A DNA stretch of 64,000 nucleotides. Origin: the human T2T-CHM13v2.0 reference genome, Homo sapiens. Shown piece by piece: positions 14,212-30,968 of the stretch. The stretch is from assembly GCF_009914755.1 (NCBI RefSeq), contig NC_060934.1; one strand, 5' to 3'. The number at the start of each line of letters is the position of its first letter. The stretch's first letter is position 1. Made by a program: the position numbers and the translations under genes. The notes below the pieces were generated by a model. That model was given only the letters and a program-made list of their open reading frames with translations. It had not been told where the DNA came from and did not search any database.

Positions 14212-17200
14212 AAAGCAGTAGACTATAATGCCCCCTCTCCCGCTTCAGAGGGTCCTACAGTCTTCTGTGTCAGGTACCATCTTGCATTGACTCTGGAGGA
14301 TGATAAACAAATTCAGCGCTAAGCATGCAGTGAGTCTTGCCTTGAGAAATGCATGCGCCCCTAATGAGATATGGCTGAAGCTGTGATTGTATTGCCTCTT
14401 TCTAACACGCAGTTAATATGAAAGTGCTTGCTTTGGGGGACCTGAATCAATTATGTCCCTAAAACAACTGAAGGCATATGTTCTAAAGTTGTTAAAGGAG
14501 TAGAACACGGATTTAGAGGGATGCCAGCATTCCACCTATGAACGTTCTGTTGCAACAAATGCTGGCGACCAGTGTTGAAATTGGAATCTAATGTAAAATG
14601 AAACAGTGTCTCCCTTGGGCCACCAGGTGGGCACAAACAGAGAAGCAAATTCCCTGTTGGCCATCCAGGTGGAAGGCATGGAGTGGTTTGCCAAGGACTT
14701 TATCTTACTCCTCCTGGCAGGGAGCAATTGAAGACCAGAGAGAGTCACAGCAGAGCTGCTAGATTGGAGGAATATTTTGTCATGCACCACCCGGCAAGGG
14801 TAAGAGTGCATTTGGGTGAACCTGGGTTCTAGCCTCAGCTACTACTTAGAGAAGTGACTTTGAACAAACGGGTTTTCGCTCTGCGCTTCAGTGGAAATAA
14901 TACCTGCATATCTACATAGGTATTATATGTGATATTCTTGCATATATTTGTCTATAGCCATATACAAGTGTTTTCAAGTAAAAATATTCCATGTATAAAG
15001 CTATGAGTATACTACTACTAGTATTATCCACTAAAACAATGGCTGGATATAAGAAAAAGTGAGTGGAAGATTAAGAAACGAATAAGCCTAAAATTTTGTG
15101 AGACATCATTATTATCAAGAAACATTCTTACCACTGTTACCAACTTCCCAACACAGAGTATGGAGAGAGAGATAAGACAGAATAGCATTTTCCTCCAGGA
15201 AGCCACAAATGTAACAGAGAAGGAAGAGTAAGGGATTGCTCACTGACAAGAACTGAATAGCCATCGAACAACCCTTCCAATAGCACATGTAAAATCACTC
15301 CCGAATTTGATATTCTATAGGCAAAATAAACTCAGTAGTCTTTCTGGGACCCTTGAAGGAATGTCTGGGTTCCTACATCTAAAAGAAAATATTTTGTCCA
15401 AAGTCATCGTTAAGATTCTTAAGCCTGAAGTGCCTGAATTCCTAATCACTGTAATACACACCTCTCAGTGGGTTTTCTGTTTCCCTTTGATACATGCGTA
15501 GGACTGAGCAATCAGCCCACGCAAGTCCTCGGCTCTTGTGGAACACTGACGAGGAAGACAAGGGACCACAATACAACCTGTAAGATTATGCTTTCTATTT
15601 TTAACATAAAGATGCCCATTTTTACCTTAAAGTATTCTTTTGTGATTTATTTTGAAAGCAAGACATGCTCTATGGGGATGCGTAGAGGCAGTTGTATGTA
15701 TGTGTGCTGGTATGTTGTCAGGAAGCATAATTCACATCCCCACTCAGGTTCCAGCAGTTGCCCTGAGACATCAACATTCTATTTAACCTAGTATGGCTAG
15801 TAATCCCGTCACTGGATTAACTGGATTTCTGCCTACAATCAAAAGAAACCCAAACAAGGCCTGCTTCAAAAGAAATGACACCACGTACATTTCTCTAAGT
15901 AAGGAAAAGGATGTTTTAATGACAAAGATGCCCCTTACATTAACAGTCAGTTAATTACCTACCACATTATTCTGGAAAATGCGGCCACATAGGCCACAAA
16001 TAAAATGGTGCTTTATTCCATTTCCTGACTTCTAATATTCTGTCATAATATCTTATTGGGTTGCTATTATCCTCAGGATGAATATCTAAAATATCTGTAC
16101 ACACACGCACACTAAAATATACTATACACACACACACACAAATCTTTTTATGTTAAGAAAGAGTTAACCTTCAAATAGGAGATTATTTTTAAGAACAAAG
16201 AAGTTCAACACTTTTAGGGTGATCGAGGGAGCAAAGCCACTCAGAAATATTTTGCAGTGAACTGAAAAATAATAGCAGCAATGTGAGTTCTGGCAGAAGC
16301 AACCTTTAAATAAAGAGCATATCAAAATAAGGCCACGTCTATGCTTAAAAGCACCAAGACACGTGGGGATAGCTCCTCCTCAGAGGTGTTTAATTTTGGC
16401 TGTGTTCCTGGAGAAAGGGAACAATCAGGAGAGAGGTTCAGAGAACAGCCTTGTGCTAAACCCCTCAGGATATAGGACGACGCTGACAACAATCAGGAAA
16501 AGAAATCTGACAAGCACTTAAAAAAAATTATTCCTATCTAAAACACCTGGCACCAAGTAACCCATTCAAAAGAGCTTTAGAAGTGCTGAGGTTACATATC
16601 CCTCAGTTATCTGCAATCAACACTGAAACCCTGCCTGCCGATAACCATACTGTGTGTGTGATGTTAATTCACAGTGCAGGATAATGTGGCAGTCAGCACC
16701 AAATCATCTCTGTGTTGTTCATTAAACCCACCGAATTCTGATAAGGCATGTATAAATAGCCTCACGGATGCTTTTGTTCAGAGTTCAGTTTGATCTCCTT
16801 TTCCAAAAAAGCGGATTCTGATTTTGGTTAACTGGAACTAGTTAGTGCAGGTTTCCGGGAGACAGTTTTCATGGTCATTGGTGAGTTTAAGCCTGGGACA
16901 GTCAGGTAGATGAAACTTGTGTCTTTAACATGTAAACCAACTGTATTATAAGTAAACTGGCTGTAACTGCTTTCCTGAGTCAAAGCACAGGCCACCTCTA
17001 CTCTGCATGGACTTGTATTAAGGGTAGTGGGCCAGCTCATTTGGACAATTACGGGTCATAATTACTCTCTGGTCAAGAGCACAATACTTTAGAATGGGTT
17101 TTATATGTTGTAGGTGAATTATTTTCATGACTTTTGTCACAAAGGGATACTTGAAACGATTCTCCCAAAAAAGTCAGGGAAAAGGAGAGACAAGTACCTG

Positions 17201-17242
17201 ATAGACCTTTTTTTTTTTCTTTTTTTCCTGAATGATTCCTTA

Positions 17243-17630
<388 letters not shown>

Positions 17631-18098
17631 CTACCCAAATACTTGCCTATCGAGAAATATCCATGACAAATTCCTCACTATTGTGCCCAAGCTGCAGCCC
17701 CCACTAGCCAGCCACCTGACCCACAGTGCCGAATGCCTAATTCCCACATGACACAGTAATGGCCTTAATTGGTTCTACACCTGTCAGAAATATGTTTGAA
17801 ACAACAGGATTTTATTTCCACTGACTTTGCCTGTGACAGAGTGAACAAGTGATGAATGTTGGAATGCCTCTCAAACGGATAGCACAGGACAAAAAAGCAA
17901 AGCGCACAAAAAGAATTTCTAAGCCTTATATCTCAGTGTTGCCTTAAGGTGTATTTAATCATTCTTACATAGTCCAGTTGCCTCCAAGATCACCAGGTGT
18001 CACCTACCCTCATGTGAGCCACTTGGTCTCTGTGGCAGCATCACCACTACCCATTCCCACCTCCGCTAAATGTCACTGTCTTGTTCTTACAACACCAA

Positions 18099-18104
<6 letters not shown>

Positions 18105-18173
<69 letters not shown>
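18105..18173 (+). repeat. Compound (AG)n(TG)n microsatellite
   Basis: ~13 AG units followed by ~21 TG units. Confidence 0.97.
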
Positions 18174-18175
<2 letters not shown>

Positions 18176-18499
18176 CTCAGCAATAAGCTTGTAAATGTCC
18201 ATTTTTCTGAAGACTTGATTCATCAAATAGGTAAAAGTATCGGGCTGGTTTTTATTCTCTAGCTTCCATTGCTGAGCAAGATTTGCTCTGTTCTGTATCA
18301 AACATCCATCATCCTACCTTCTGAGAGTGAATATTTTCCTTTGTTGTGGAATATAAGCCCAATGCACAGATGAACACCATCATGTCATGTGGAGAGGGAT
18401 GCCATTCATAAAAGGTGCGGCTCTTTTAAAATGATTTTTCGATTTCATGTTATTTGGTTACCTTTTTATGAGCTCAGCTTCTATAGAGAGACAAGGCAG

Positions 18500-18685
18500 C
18501 AAGTCAAAGGGGAAAGAGCCCTGAATTATCAGCCAGGGGCCATTGGTTTCAGTCCTGGCTCTGGCACTAATGAGGATGTGACCATGGACACATCGTTTAA
18601 TCTTTCTGGGTCCCAGTTCCCTCGTCTCTTAAATCAAGGGGGTGCACCAGGGATACCCTGTGGTCCCTCCCAGCTCTACCAATCC
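18500..18685 (+). mobile_element. MIR (MIRc/MIR3-like)
   Basis: GGAAAGAGCCCTG..GGTTTCAGTCCTGGCTCTG..GTGACC..TTTAATCTTTCTGGGTCCCAGTT. Confidence 0.7.
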
Positions 18686-19594
18686 TAAATCATTCATTGT
18701 CGAGCTCCCAATTTATAATTACTATAGCAAGTATGCATTTTGTTGTTGTGTTGTTTCTTCCTGGAGGGCATTTGTCATAGTCTCAGCTTCAAATTCAACC
18801 TTATGCTCCCTAAACGCAAAGATAACCATACTGTGTAGAGGAGAATGAATCTAGAGAGATGGATCTTTAAGCTATTCTATAAGGGTTTAGTTTTTATTTT
18901 AATTATGACTATAGTCTAAATATCCCAACAGTAGGAATCATTTAGTATGTTTGCCATTTTTGAACTCTGAAGACTCAAACTAGTTTACAGTTATAGGAGT
19001 CGCAGTATTTTACAAAATTAAATAGAAAACATCTTCCAAGGTAGATCAATAATTTTCCCTAGGCTGAGATTAGATCATGATTTTATGTTTTTTCTTTTTT
19101 TTAGAAAATGCTTCAAGGTTTTCTTAATCTCTCTTTTGAGCTTTAAGTTATATAATAGTCATAAATAAATGTGTATTTTATATCCCATAATTATTTTTCG
19201 TAAGTATTTTGCCTTGGATTTTAAAAGGATGTTTAGGGTGAGAAGAATATGCTATATTTAATGATTGGTAGAGCAATACATAGCAATGTGTGGCTAGCTC
19301 CTCTTGACCAACCCCAATTAGAAGGAGCTCTCATTCTAGACAAGGGTTAAATTATATTGAATATTAATTCAGTTATCGGTACCTGTACTGAGGGTTAATA
19401 GTGGCTGCAAAGGGCCGATCAGACAGCAAAATCAAGTTTAGATTTCATCTCATGTAGCAGAAAGATCAGCTTTAGATCACAATTCTTTTTCTTGCCGACT
19501 CTGTGATCTTAGGCAGATTACCTCACCTCTCTGGTCCTCATGTTCTCATTTATGAAATGGAGAGACAAGGGTAGCTAGAGAAGATGTCTTTGTG

Positions 19595-20291
19595 GTAAAC
19601 TAGTTTGCTTGGGCTACCATAACAAAATACCATAGGCTGGATGGCTTAAACCATAGAGATTAATTTCCTCACCATTCTGGAGGCAGGAAGTCTGAGATCA
19701 AGGTGTCAGTAGGGTTGGTTTCTTCTTTTTGTTGTTGTCTTTTTGAGACAGAGTCTTGCTCTGTCACCCAGGCTGGAGTGCAGTGGTGCAATCTTGGCTC
19801 ACTGCAACTTCCGCCTCCTGTGTTCAAGCAATTCTCCTGCCTTAGTCTCCCAAGTAGCTGAGACTACAGGCACCCACCACCATGCCTGGATAATTTTTGT
19901 ATTTTTAGTAGAGACAGGGTTTTGCCATGTTGGCCAGGCTGGTCTCGAGCTCCTGACCTCAGGTGATCCACTTGCCTTGGCCTCACAATGTGCTGGGATT
20001 ACAGGCGTGAGCCACTGCGCCCGGCCCCAGTTGGTCTCTTCTGCAGCCTCTCTTCTTGGCTTGCAAATGGTTGCCTTCTCCCTATGTCTTGAAATATTCT
20101 TCCCTCTGTGCTTGTCTATGTTCTCATTGACTCTTAAGATGGCACCAGTCATACTGGATTAGGGCCCACCCTAAAGGCCTCAATTTATGACCTCTCAGAA
20201 GAGTGTATTTCTAAATACATCACATTCTGAGGTACTGAGGGTTAAGACTTCAATGTATGAATTTTGAGGTGACACAATCCAGCTCATAAAA
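19595..20291 (-). mobile_element. MLT1A0-like MaLR LTR interrupted by Alu
   Basis: GGGCTACCATAACAAAATACCA..GGCTTAAA start; CACATTCTGAGGTACTG..GACACAATCCAGCTCATAA end. Confidence 0.85.
19727..20026 (-). mobile_element. AluSx-like Alu
   Basis: Reverse Alu dimer; TSD GTTGGT(T/C)TCTTCT on both sides. Confidence 0.95.
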
Positions 20292-20837
20292 GGTAGGTTC
20301 CCCAGGAAACAGTCTGAGATGACTATTTGCATGCAGAAGAGTTACTGTGTGGGGAAAGGAAGGTCTCAGCACAAAACCAATAAAGGGGTGAGGGAGGCAG
20401 GATTTGTCATGGAAGAACTTGAAACACCATACACATTTGACCTTTGAACAGTGCGGGAGTTAAGGTCACTGACTCCCTGCACAATTGAAAATCCATGTAT
20501 AATTTTTGACTCTCCAAAGACTATTAATAGCCTACTATTGACCAGAAGCCTTACCAATAACATAAACAGTGGATTGACACATATTTTATGTTTTATGTAT
20601 TATACAGTATATTCTAACAATAAAGTTAGCTAGAGAAAAGAAAATGTTACTAAGCCAATCCTAAGGAAGGGAAAAATATTCACTCTTCTTTAAGTGGAAG
20701 TGGATCATCATAAAGGTCTTCATCCTCATAATCTTCACATTGAGTAGACTGAGGATGCGGAAGAGGAAGAGATAGGTTGGCCTGCTGCCTCTGGGGTGGC
20801 AGAGAAGGAAGAAAATCTGTGTATAAGTGGACCCACA

Positions 20838-21627
<790 letters not shown>

Positions 21628-23225
21628 ATGCAGCTCAAACCAGTGTTGTTCAAGGGTCAACTGTAGTCTTAAGAGGCCTCTATGACCCTTCAGAGACCCC
21701 TGGAGCTAGGATGGCATTTTAGAGTTGCCCCTGATTGAGGCAAGAGGGAATGGATCAGTGCAGCTCAACACTAACCAGGTGTACCCCGGGGAGGAGAGAA
21801 GGAAGCATATCCTTTAGCCAGGAGACTTTGTGCAGCTGAAGGAGACTCCCACGTAATGGCTCTGCTGGGAGCCTTTGGCCCGGCAGCTGGGGAGTTAAGT
21901 GCCTTGTCTTGAAGAGGAAACTAAGCAGAGCTGGACCCCCTCCCCCCCAGTCTCCACTGGAGAAGCGAATGTCAATTTCACAGTTTCATAGGATTTTTAT
22001 AAGGACTGGCTGAGAGAAGCAAGTGTACTAATACTTAGGAGCTGGGATGTAGTGGGAGCTCTATTGATTTTAATTCCCCTGCACAGCCCCACTCTGCGCA
22101 TGCCCACTAAGGCCTTCATTACAGCGTGGTCCTTAAGCAGTCAGTGATCCAGGGCTCCCCGACAACTGTATTTCCGCTTAATGTATCTCCTATGAAAAGG
22201 AGCAGGGTCCAGGAGCGCTGGTTTTCAGGTGCTTTCCAATGTTGATATTTAACTTCCTTGCCCTCTGACCCCTTCCTCTGTCATCCAGCTCACTCTAATC
22301 AGCAACACGGAAAGCATCTGAACTCTTGATAAACATAGCTCTTTAGAGGGCCGCATGCTGCTTCACTACAAAGCTCTGTAATTTTCAGGGTGCTTTTTTT
22401 TCTATATTCCTTATTATTTTTAAATACCCTGCATTTAAAGTTTCACATCTGCAGAGCCCCAGAGAGGAGCACGTGGAACATAATGCACAGTGTGCTGTGG
22501 AAGAAAACAAAAGACGAGTGGGTGGTTTCAGACAAAGCGGTTGCCTTGTACCTCTGACACGAGGCTTTTGTTGTTCTTGTTGATCAGTGCAAATGAAAGA
22601 CCATTTGGGAGAGCCAGGTGCTTCTCCACACTGTAAAATAATGCTTCATGGCAGTGAGTCCTTGGGTTGAGGAACAGTTAGGCTTAGAGGAGAGAAATTA
22701 AATGGCAGCCCATTGTTACAGAAAATTGTAACTAGCAATGAATGGATAGGCAGAAAGAAAGAATTTTAAGTAAAGACAGGCAGCGTGTGGAGGTGAAAGA
22801 AACACATAGTATCTGTCTTGTCTGCAGCTTTTCCTAATGGAGACTAGCAGAAAATAAATGGGAATTTGCCTGGTATATTTGTTCTCCCAAGGACAAAACC
22901 TCTTGTGGCTTGTCCTTTAGTACCTCCTGTGGGTGGATCCTATCTCCAGGTATAAACTCACATCTACCAGGCCAGGAAGGATAAAAAAGCTAAATGTTTC
23001 CAGCCATGAAATGAAACCATTCATTCTGACCTCAAGAGAACCTTCTGAGTGTTTTTGTGGGGGGCGGTGTGAAACAGGTTCATAGTCTGCATCACGGCTA
23101 GAGAGGAGAAAAGGTATTCCTTAGAAAGTGGGTCAGAGATCAGAGAGATCCCATGGGGAGCATTTGGTATTGGGCTGCTTTTTCCTTTCTGATGTTGTTC
23201 GTTCTTTAATTCTTCATTTACTGAG

Positions 23226-23975
23226 TGTCTTCTATCTTAACTTCGGCTGCTATAACAAAACACCGCAGATGAGGTGGCTTAAACAGACATGTATTTCTCA
23301 TTGTTCTGGAGGATGGAATGCTGCGAGGGCAGGGTCCCAGCCAGTCAGATTCCTGATGAGGGCTCCCTTCCTGGCTTATAGATGGCTGCCTTCTTGCTGT
23401 GTCCTCTCAGCAAGGGGGCATGGGGAGATGGGGAGAGAGGGAGAGGAAGCTCTCTGGTGCCTTGTATGTCTGTTCTCATGCTGCTAATAAAGACATACCA
23501 AGGACTGGGTAATTTATAAGGAAAGAGGTTTAATTGACTCACCGTTCTGCAGGGCAAGGTAGGCCTCAGCAAACTTACAGTCATGGTGAAAGGGGAAGCA
23601 AACACACCTTATATGGTGACAGGCAAGAGAGCTTGGTTCAGGGGAACTCCCCTTTATAAAACGGTCAGATCTCGTGAGACTTAACTATCACAAGAACAGC
23701 ACAGGAAGACCTGGATTCAATTACCTGCCACCAAGTCCCTCCCATGACACATGGGAATTACAGGGGCTACAATTCCAGATGAGATCTGGGTGGAGACACA
23801 GCCAAACCATATAATGCCTCTTCTTATAAGGGCACTATCTCATTATGAAGGCTCCCTCTTCCTGACCTCATTTAAAACCTAATCACCTCTCAAAGGCCCC
23901 ATCTCCAAATATCATTGCACGGGGAGTTAGGGTTTTAACATATCTATTTGAGGATGCACAACTCAGTCCACAGCA
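23226..23975 (-). mobile_element. MLT1A-like MaLR LTR interrupted by THE1
   Basis: GGCTGCTATAACAAAA..GGCTTAAACA..GATGGCTGCCTTCT left part; TCTTATAAGGGCACT..CTCAGTCCACAGCA right part. Confidence 0.8.
23463..23814 (-). mobile_element. THE1 (C/D-like) solo LTR
   Basis: TGCTGCTAATAAAGACATACC..ACTGGGTAATTTATA...GGGTGGAGACACAGCCAAACCATAT; 5-bp TSD TGCCT at 23458-23462 and 23815-23819. Confidence 0.92.
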
Positions 23976-24049
23976 CCTTATATGCCAGAGAGAGACAGAC
24001 AAAGAGACGAAGGGAGACAGAGTCACACACAGAGAGAGGAGATCTGGTC

Positions 24050-24675
24050 TCTGCTTTCCAGGATGAGATGAGAGAGGGGTGACCTAGTCAGGGAAGTCAA
24101 AGAGGTCTTTCTCTGCAGAAGTGATGACTGAGCCAGGGTCTGAGTGATGAGCTGAAGTCATCTGTGAAAGAGGATTTGCGGCAGAGAACACTGCGAGCAG
24201 AGGCCCTACAGCAGGAGGCAGACAAGTTCAAGGAGGTCACTATGAAGGAGGTCACTGCTGGAGGAGAAAGAGCTTGGGGAAGCTCAATGGTCAGGGTGGG
24301 TCAGACCAGACAGGGCCTTGCCAGCCCTAGGAGGAGCTGTGGTCGCACCCAATGCCAAGTGAACCCTCAGAAGGGATTTACACAAAGTATAATCAAGTGC
24401 AGCATGATCATAGTGACAATTTGAGAAGATTGTCTTGGCCCTGGGGTGAAGGATAGACTGGAAAGTGGCAGGAATAGAAGCAGATGGAAAACTGGGAGCC
24501 ATTGTGTGATCCCAGCTGGAGAGACCATGGCTTGGACTAATTGGTGATGTAGGAATGAGCATGTGTCAGCTGATATAAGAGTGATAAGGGGGGAAAGTCA
24601 ACAGGATTCAGCAATAGGTTAGATACTGGCAACAAAGGAGAGGGAATTCATGAATTCCATTATCCTCAACACCTG
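24050..24675 (-). mobile_element. L2 fragment
   Basis: GTCAGGGAAG..GAAGTGATG..GAGC..GCAGAGAACA..GGCCCT..GGGCCTTG typical L2 text. Confidence 0.7.
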
Positions 24676-24679
24676 GGAG

Positions 24680-25225
24680 AAGCATCTGGCCCAGATGTAT
24701 GCATAGGACATTTCAGATCTCATACTCCTCACCCTTCACCTGAGCCACCCAGGTATGCCTCCTGTATCAGCAGAGAGCATGCGTTCCTGAGCCTTGGTGG
24801 GTCTTTGGCGTGTTTGCACTCTGATCTGATTGTGTCCTTCTGTTCTTTAATGACAGAGGTTGACCCCTGCCATCTCTGTTTCCCAGGCCTACTTCCAGCT
24901 GTGTTTGACCATTGGGAGGCACTGTCAAGAGAGTACAGGGCAGAGAAAAGAGAGGAACCATCTCTTTCTTTTTGTATCAGTCAGTTTGCAGCAGCTCTGT
25001 CCTCTGTGACTCCAGCTCCTCCTGCACAGGTCAGTCTTTGCTTCCAGCCTCCCTGTGGTGACCCTGGCTGATGGTCCCAGGTGCATTACTTCTCCCAGTG
25101 GTCCCTCCATCCTTCTGAGTTATCTCACTCTACCCTATTTGGCTTTTCAGCTCTTCCATCGTCTATGTAAATATTTCCCTCAATTAAGTTCACTGTGTTT
25201 GCCTGGATTGACCTTGTCTCATACA
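24680..25225 (+). mobile_element. LTR33-like ERVL LTR
   Basis: TTTGACCATTGGGAGGCACT..CTCCAGCTCC..ATTAAGTT..ending CTCATACA. Confidence 0.55.
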
Positions 25226-26692
25226 GTTTTCAAATTCATTAACTCCAGAAATGCACCCCTTCCAACCACATTGCAATGCCTGAAACTCATGTATTTCCCT
25301 CTACAGTGACATATAAGGTGTAAGATGCAAATAATCCTAGAGATGTTACAAATAGCATTATACATAGAACATGGTTTTTCCTCTAGAAAGCAGAGTGTAT
25401 GTATTTGGTACAGGAAAAGAAGGGCATGATGCTGTGGGGTGGAGTTCCAGGGGCATTAAAAAGAGTTACAAAGAGAAAGTCAAGTCACGAAGGGGTTAGA
25501 AAAAGAAAGGGAAATATACTAAAGATCAACTTCAAAAATTTGCCAAGGGAAAGCCATAGGGTGACACCGTGGTTTTTTTACAGATACATGAAAGAATGCC
25601 ACCCAGAGGATAGAGGTAAGTCACCCCAAAGGATTATGAACAATTAGGCAACCAAGAGGAAAATCTTAAGAGGAATCACTGTAAAGCTGCATTAGCAGAG
25701 AGAAACCTGGGAGGCCAGAAAGTCTTTTTTTTTTTTTAACTTCATCCATGGTAAAGTTAAAATAATGTCCATCTAAAGTCTATGGTAAGGTGTGATGGCT
25801 GTTCAGTCTCCGTTCTGTATTGAATACCATTTACAAAAAGGAACCGTGTCTGTATAATCTACACATCATTGGTAAAAACGTGCCTGATGTACTAGGGCAG
25901 TAAATAAGATACTGGCAAACCCAAGTTATGTTTCTTTTTCAGAATGGGACCCTTTTTATACTCGTGAGGATAATTCTCACGTAAAACAAAATTGGATTTG
26001 CTCTGTTATAAACATAACCTATACATTAACATTTTGTGCTGTGAATGACCTAGGTTGTGGCTTTGGTAAATAGCTACATTTTTTGGTATATTGCATACCC
26101 TGTACCATTTAGGACATTGAACAAGTTGAAATCTACAGCCCCTTCACTTTCTCTTATGTGTACAACACATGCACACACACACATGCACTCACACTCACAA
26201 ACTCCTGCATCCCTCTTGCAAACACTCTTAAGATTTTAAAGTGAAGTTCAGTAAACTACAAAGAATGTCCTGCACATCAGAAGAAGAGCCTCTTCGGGCT
26301 CTTCACAGTTGCCCAGGCCCTAATTGTTTCTGTTCCAGACTTGCCAGGATTTAGGTGACTGTATGCAGTCTTTTCTCTGGATAGATACGTATATTACATA
26401 TGTATGTATTTTCCTATGTGTATATATAATACTTTACTGAACTTCAATAATAGCCTGCATTTTTTCCACATTTTAAAATTTTTTTTTATTATACTTTAAG
26501 TTTTAGGGTACATGTGCACATTGTGCAGGTTAGTTACATATGTATACATGTGACATGCTGGTGTGCTGCACCCACTAACTCGTCATCTAGCATTAGGTAT
26601 ATCTCCCAGTGCTATCCCTCCTCCCTCCCCCCACCACATCACAGTCCCCAGAGTGTGATATTCCGCTTCCTGTGTCCATGTGTTCTCATTGT

Positions 26693-27211
26693 TCACTTCC
26701 CACCTATGAGTGACAATATCTGGTGTTTGGTTTTTTGTTCTTGTGATAGTTTACTGAGAATGATGATTTCCAATTTCATCCATGTCCCTACAAAGGACAT
26801 GAACTCATCATTTTTTATGGCTGCATAGTATTCCATGGTGTATATGTGCCACATTTTCTTAATCCAGTCTATCATTCTTGGACATTTGGGTTGGTTCCAA
26901 GTCTTTGCTATTGTGAATAATGCCGCAATAAACATACGTGTGCGTGTGTCTTTATAGCAGCATGATTTATAATCCTTTGGGTATATACCCAGTAATGGGA
27001 TGGCTGGGTCAAATGGTATTTCTAGTTCTAGATCCCTGAGGAGTCGCCACGCTGACTTCCACAATGGTTGAACTAGTTTACAGTCCCACCAACAGTGTAA
27101 AAGTGTTCCTGTTTCTCCACATCCTCTCCAACACCTGTTGTTTCCTGACTTTTTAATGATTGCCATTCTAACTGGTGTGAGATGGTATCTCATTGTGGTT
27201 TTGATTTGCAT
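26693..27211 (-). pseudogene. ORF2: L1 ORF2 C-terminal Cys-rich fragment
   Basis: [17 protein letters not shown] zinc-knuckle motif and TMEYYAAIK. Confidence 0.97.
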
Positions 27212-27226
27212 TTCTCTGATGGCCAG

Positions 27227-29238
<2,012 letters not shown>

Positions 29239-29301
29239 CTAGATTTTCTAGTTATTTGCCTAGAGGGGTTTATAGTATTCTCTGATGGTAGTTTATATTT
29301 C

Positions 29302-29574
29302 ACTGGGCACATGTGACTGAGCTTATTAAATGCAGCTAGTCCGAACAGACTGTGCTAAAATTATAAAATGTACACTGAATTTCCAAGACATAGCATAAGA
29401 ATAATATAAGAAGATCTCATTAATAATTTTTATATTAATATTGAAGTGATCATATTTTAGATATATTACTTTAGAATTAATTTTAACTATTTCTTTTAAA
29501 TGTTTTATGTGGCTACTAGAAGATTTAAAAATACATGTGTTGCTGGCATTTATACTTTTCATTGAGGGCACAGA
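29302..29574. mobile_element. MER33-like hAT-Charlie relic missing one end
   Basis: CACATGTGACT..AAATGCAGCTAGTCCGAA..TGTGGCTACTAGAA..TTTAAAA..CATGTG. Confidence 0.7.
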
Positions 29575-29749
29575 GCGGGCAAATTTAAATAACCACCTGT
29601 CTTATAACAAACTGTAGTAAGTGTCATAAAATTCAAATCTCCTTCCTTCATCAGTATTAAGCATGTCTGACCTATGTCACTGGTGATGTGAAGAATTCGA
29701 TGTTTTCTCCAGAATCATAAAGTGTTGCAAAATAAAATGAGATTGGTAG

Positions 29750-29920
29750 CCATCTGGTTTTGAATCTCATACTCATTAGCCATGTGACCATAGGCAAGTT
29801 ATTAAACTCTCTTAATCTTAATTTCCTCATTAGTTAAACATCCCACAGAATGTTACAAGGGTTCTGGATAATCGATGTAAAGTGCCTAGCACAGCGTTTG
29901 ACATATACTAGCTGTTCAAA
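29750..29920 (+). mobile_element. MIR
   Basis: TTTGAATC..TGTGACC.TAGGCAAGTTA..TTTCCTCAT..GTAAAGTGCCTAGCACAG. Confidence 0.75.
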
Positions 29921-30968
29921 ACACCACCAAAGGTTTTGTTTTAATCATGTATGTATGGGCACAGGTGGGTAAGATAGTGCTGATGTTGCTGTGAGTGTCA
30001 CCATATTGACTTAAGCACCAGCAGTGATCCTAATACATGGTAGAAATAATACACTGAAACAGACAGAAGGAAAGACATTATTATTTGGAAAGGGCCTTCT
30101 TAACCCTTTGATAATTGTAAGTCATCTACATCTCCAGTGCATTTAAATGGCCTATCTGAGAATTGTAAGGTAGGATTCATAGCAACTAACAAGAAAATGA
30201 GCAAAGCCAAATTCCCTTCACGCACATGTGGACTGCTGTGCACCGCCTGCTGCATTCTCCCCATGTGACTATGGCCTCCACAACCTTAGCCATGATTTTT
30301 ACTAAGCAGCTCTAGGAGTATAAAAATTTGCACTAAAATCGTTATTGAATGCAAATTTACCATTTGATGAAGCTTTAGAAGTCCCTGATGACTCCCTGTA
30401 CTTCTGTAGTGTATATGGCAAAGCTGACTGTGCAGGGCTTGAGGCTGGCTTACCAACCAATTAGTCTCAGTAAAAGAGGAAATTTGGAATGAGGGCTCAA
30501 TGTCTCGAAATCCTCAATCTGGCTGAAATCTATTATGGCTCTGGACAGGCTTCCCAAACACAGGTCAGCTTCCCAAGTATAGCTGCCCCATAATAGTACC
30601 CTGTAGTCAACTCGAAAAGAGAACTTGACTCTGAATTCATTCTTTCTAAGGTGAGTACTCCTCCTCTTCCTTTTTCTTTCCCAAAAGGAAATACAGGTAA
30701 GCATAGATCAAATGCAGGCATACAAAAACATACAGCTTATTGTTGTTTGAAATGTAGAATGTAAGTTTTCATCTTGTGACAATATTATGGATGGCCCTTG
30801 AAATATAATGAACTATTACTAACGGATTACCAACCATCTAATGTTTCCATTGGAAAATAAGTCCAGAATGTGACTTTAGTCCAGCTTTCTACCTGGCAGG
30901 ATGAGGGGTAATATTCTCAGACCCATCCTACCCTGTCTTTGATTCACTCACCGGTTCCCTCCACTTGT

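Noticed and set aside
14617-14635. CTCF-like GGCCACCAGGTGGGCAC
   Set aside because: Mismatch at the conserved C following the GG core; not supportable without ChIP data
22095-22106. NRF1-like TGCGCATGCCCA as a promoter mark
   Set aside because: Single imperfect motif, no CpG island or other promoter evidence
26283-26304. 8-bp hairpin with UUCG-containing loop
   Set aside because: Too short; expected by chance in 64 kb and has no ncRNA context
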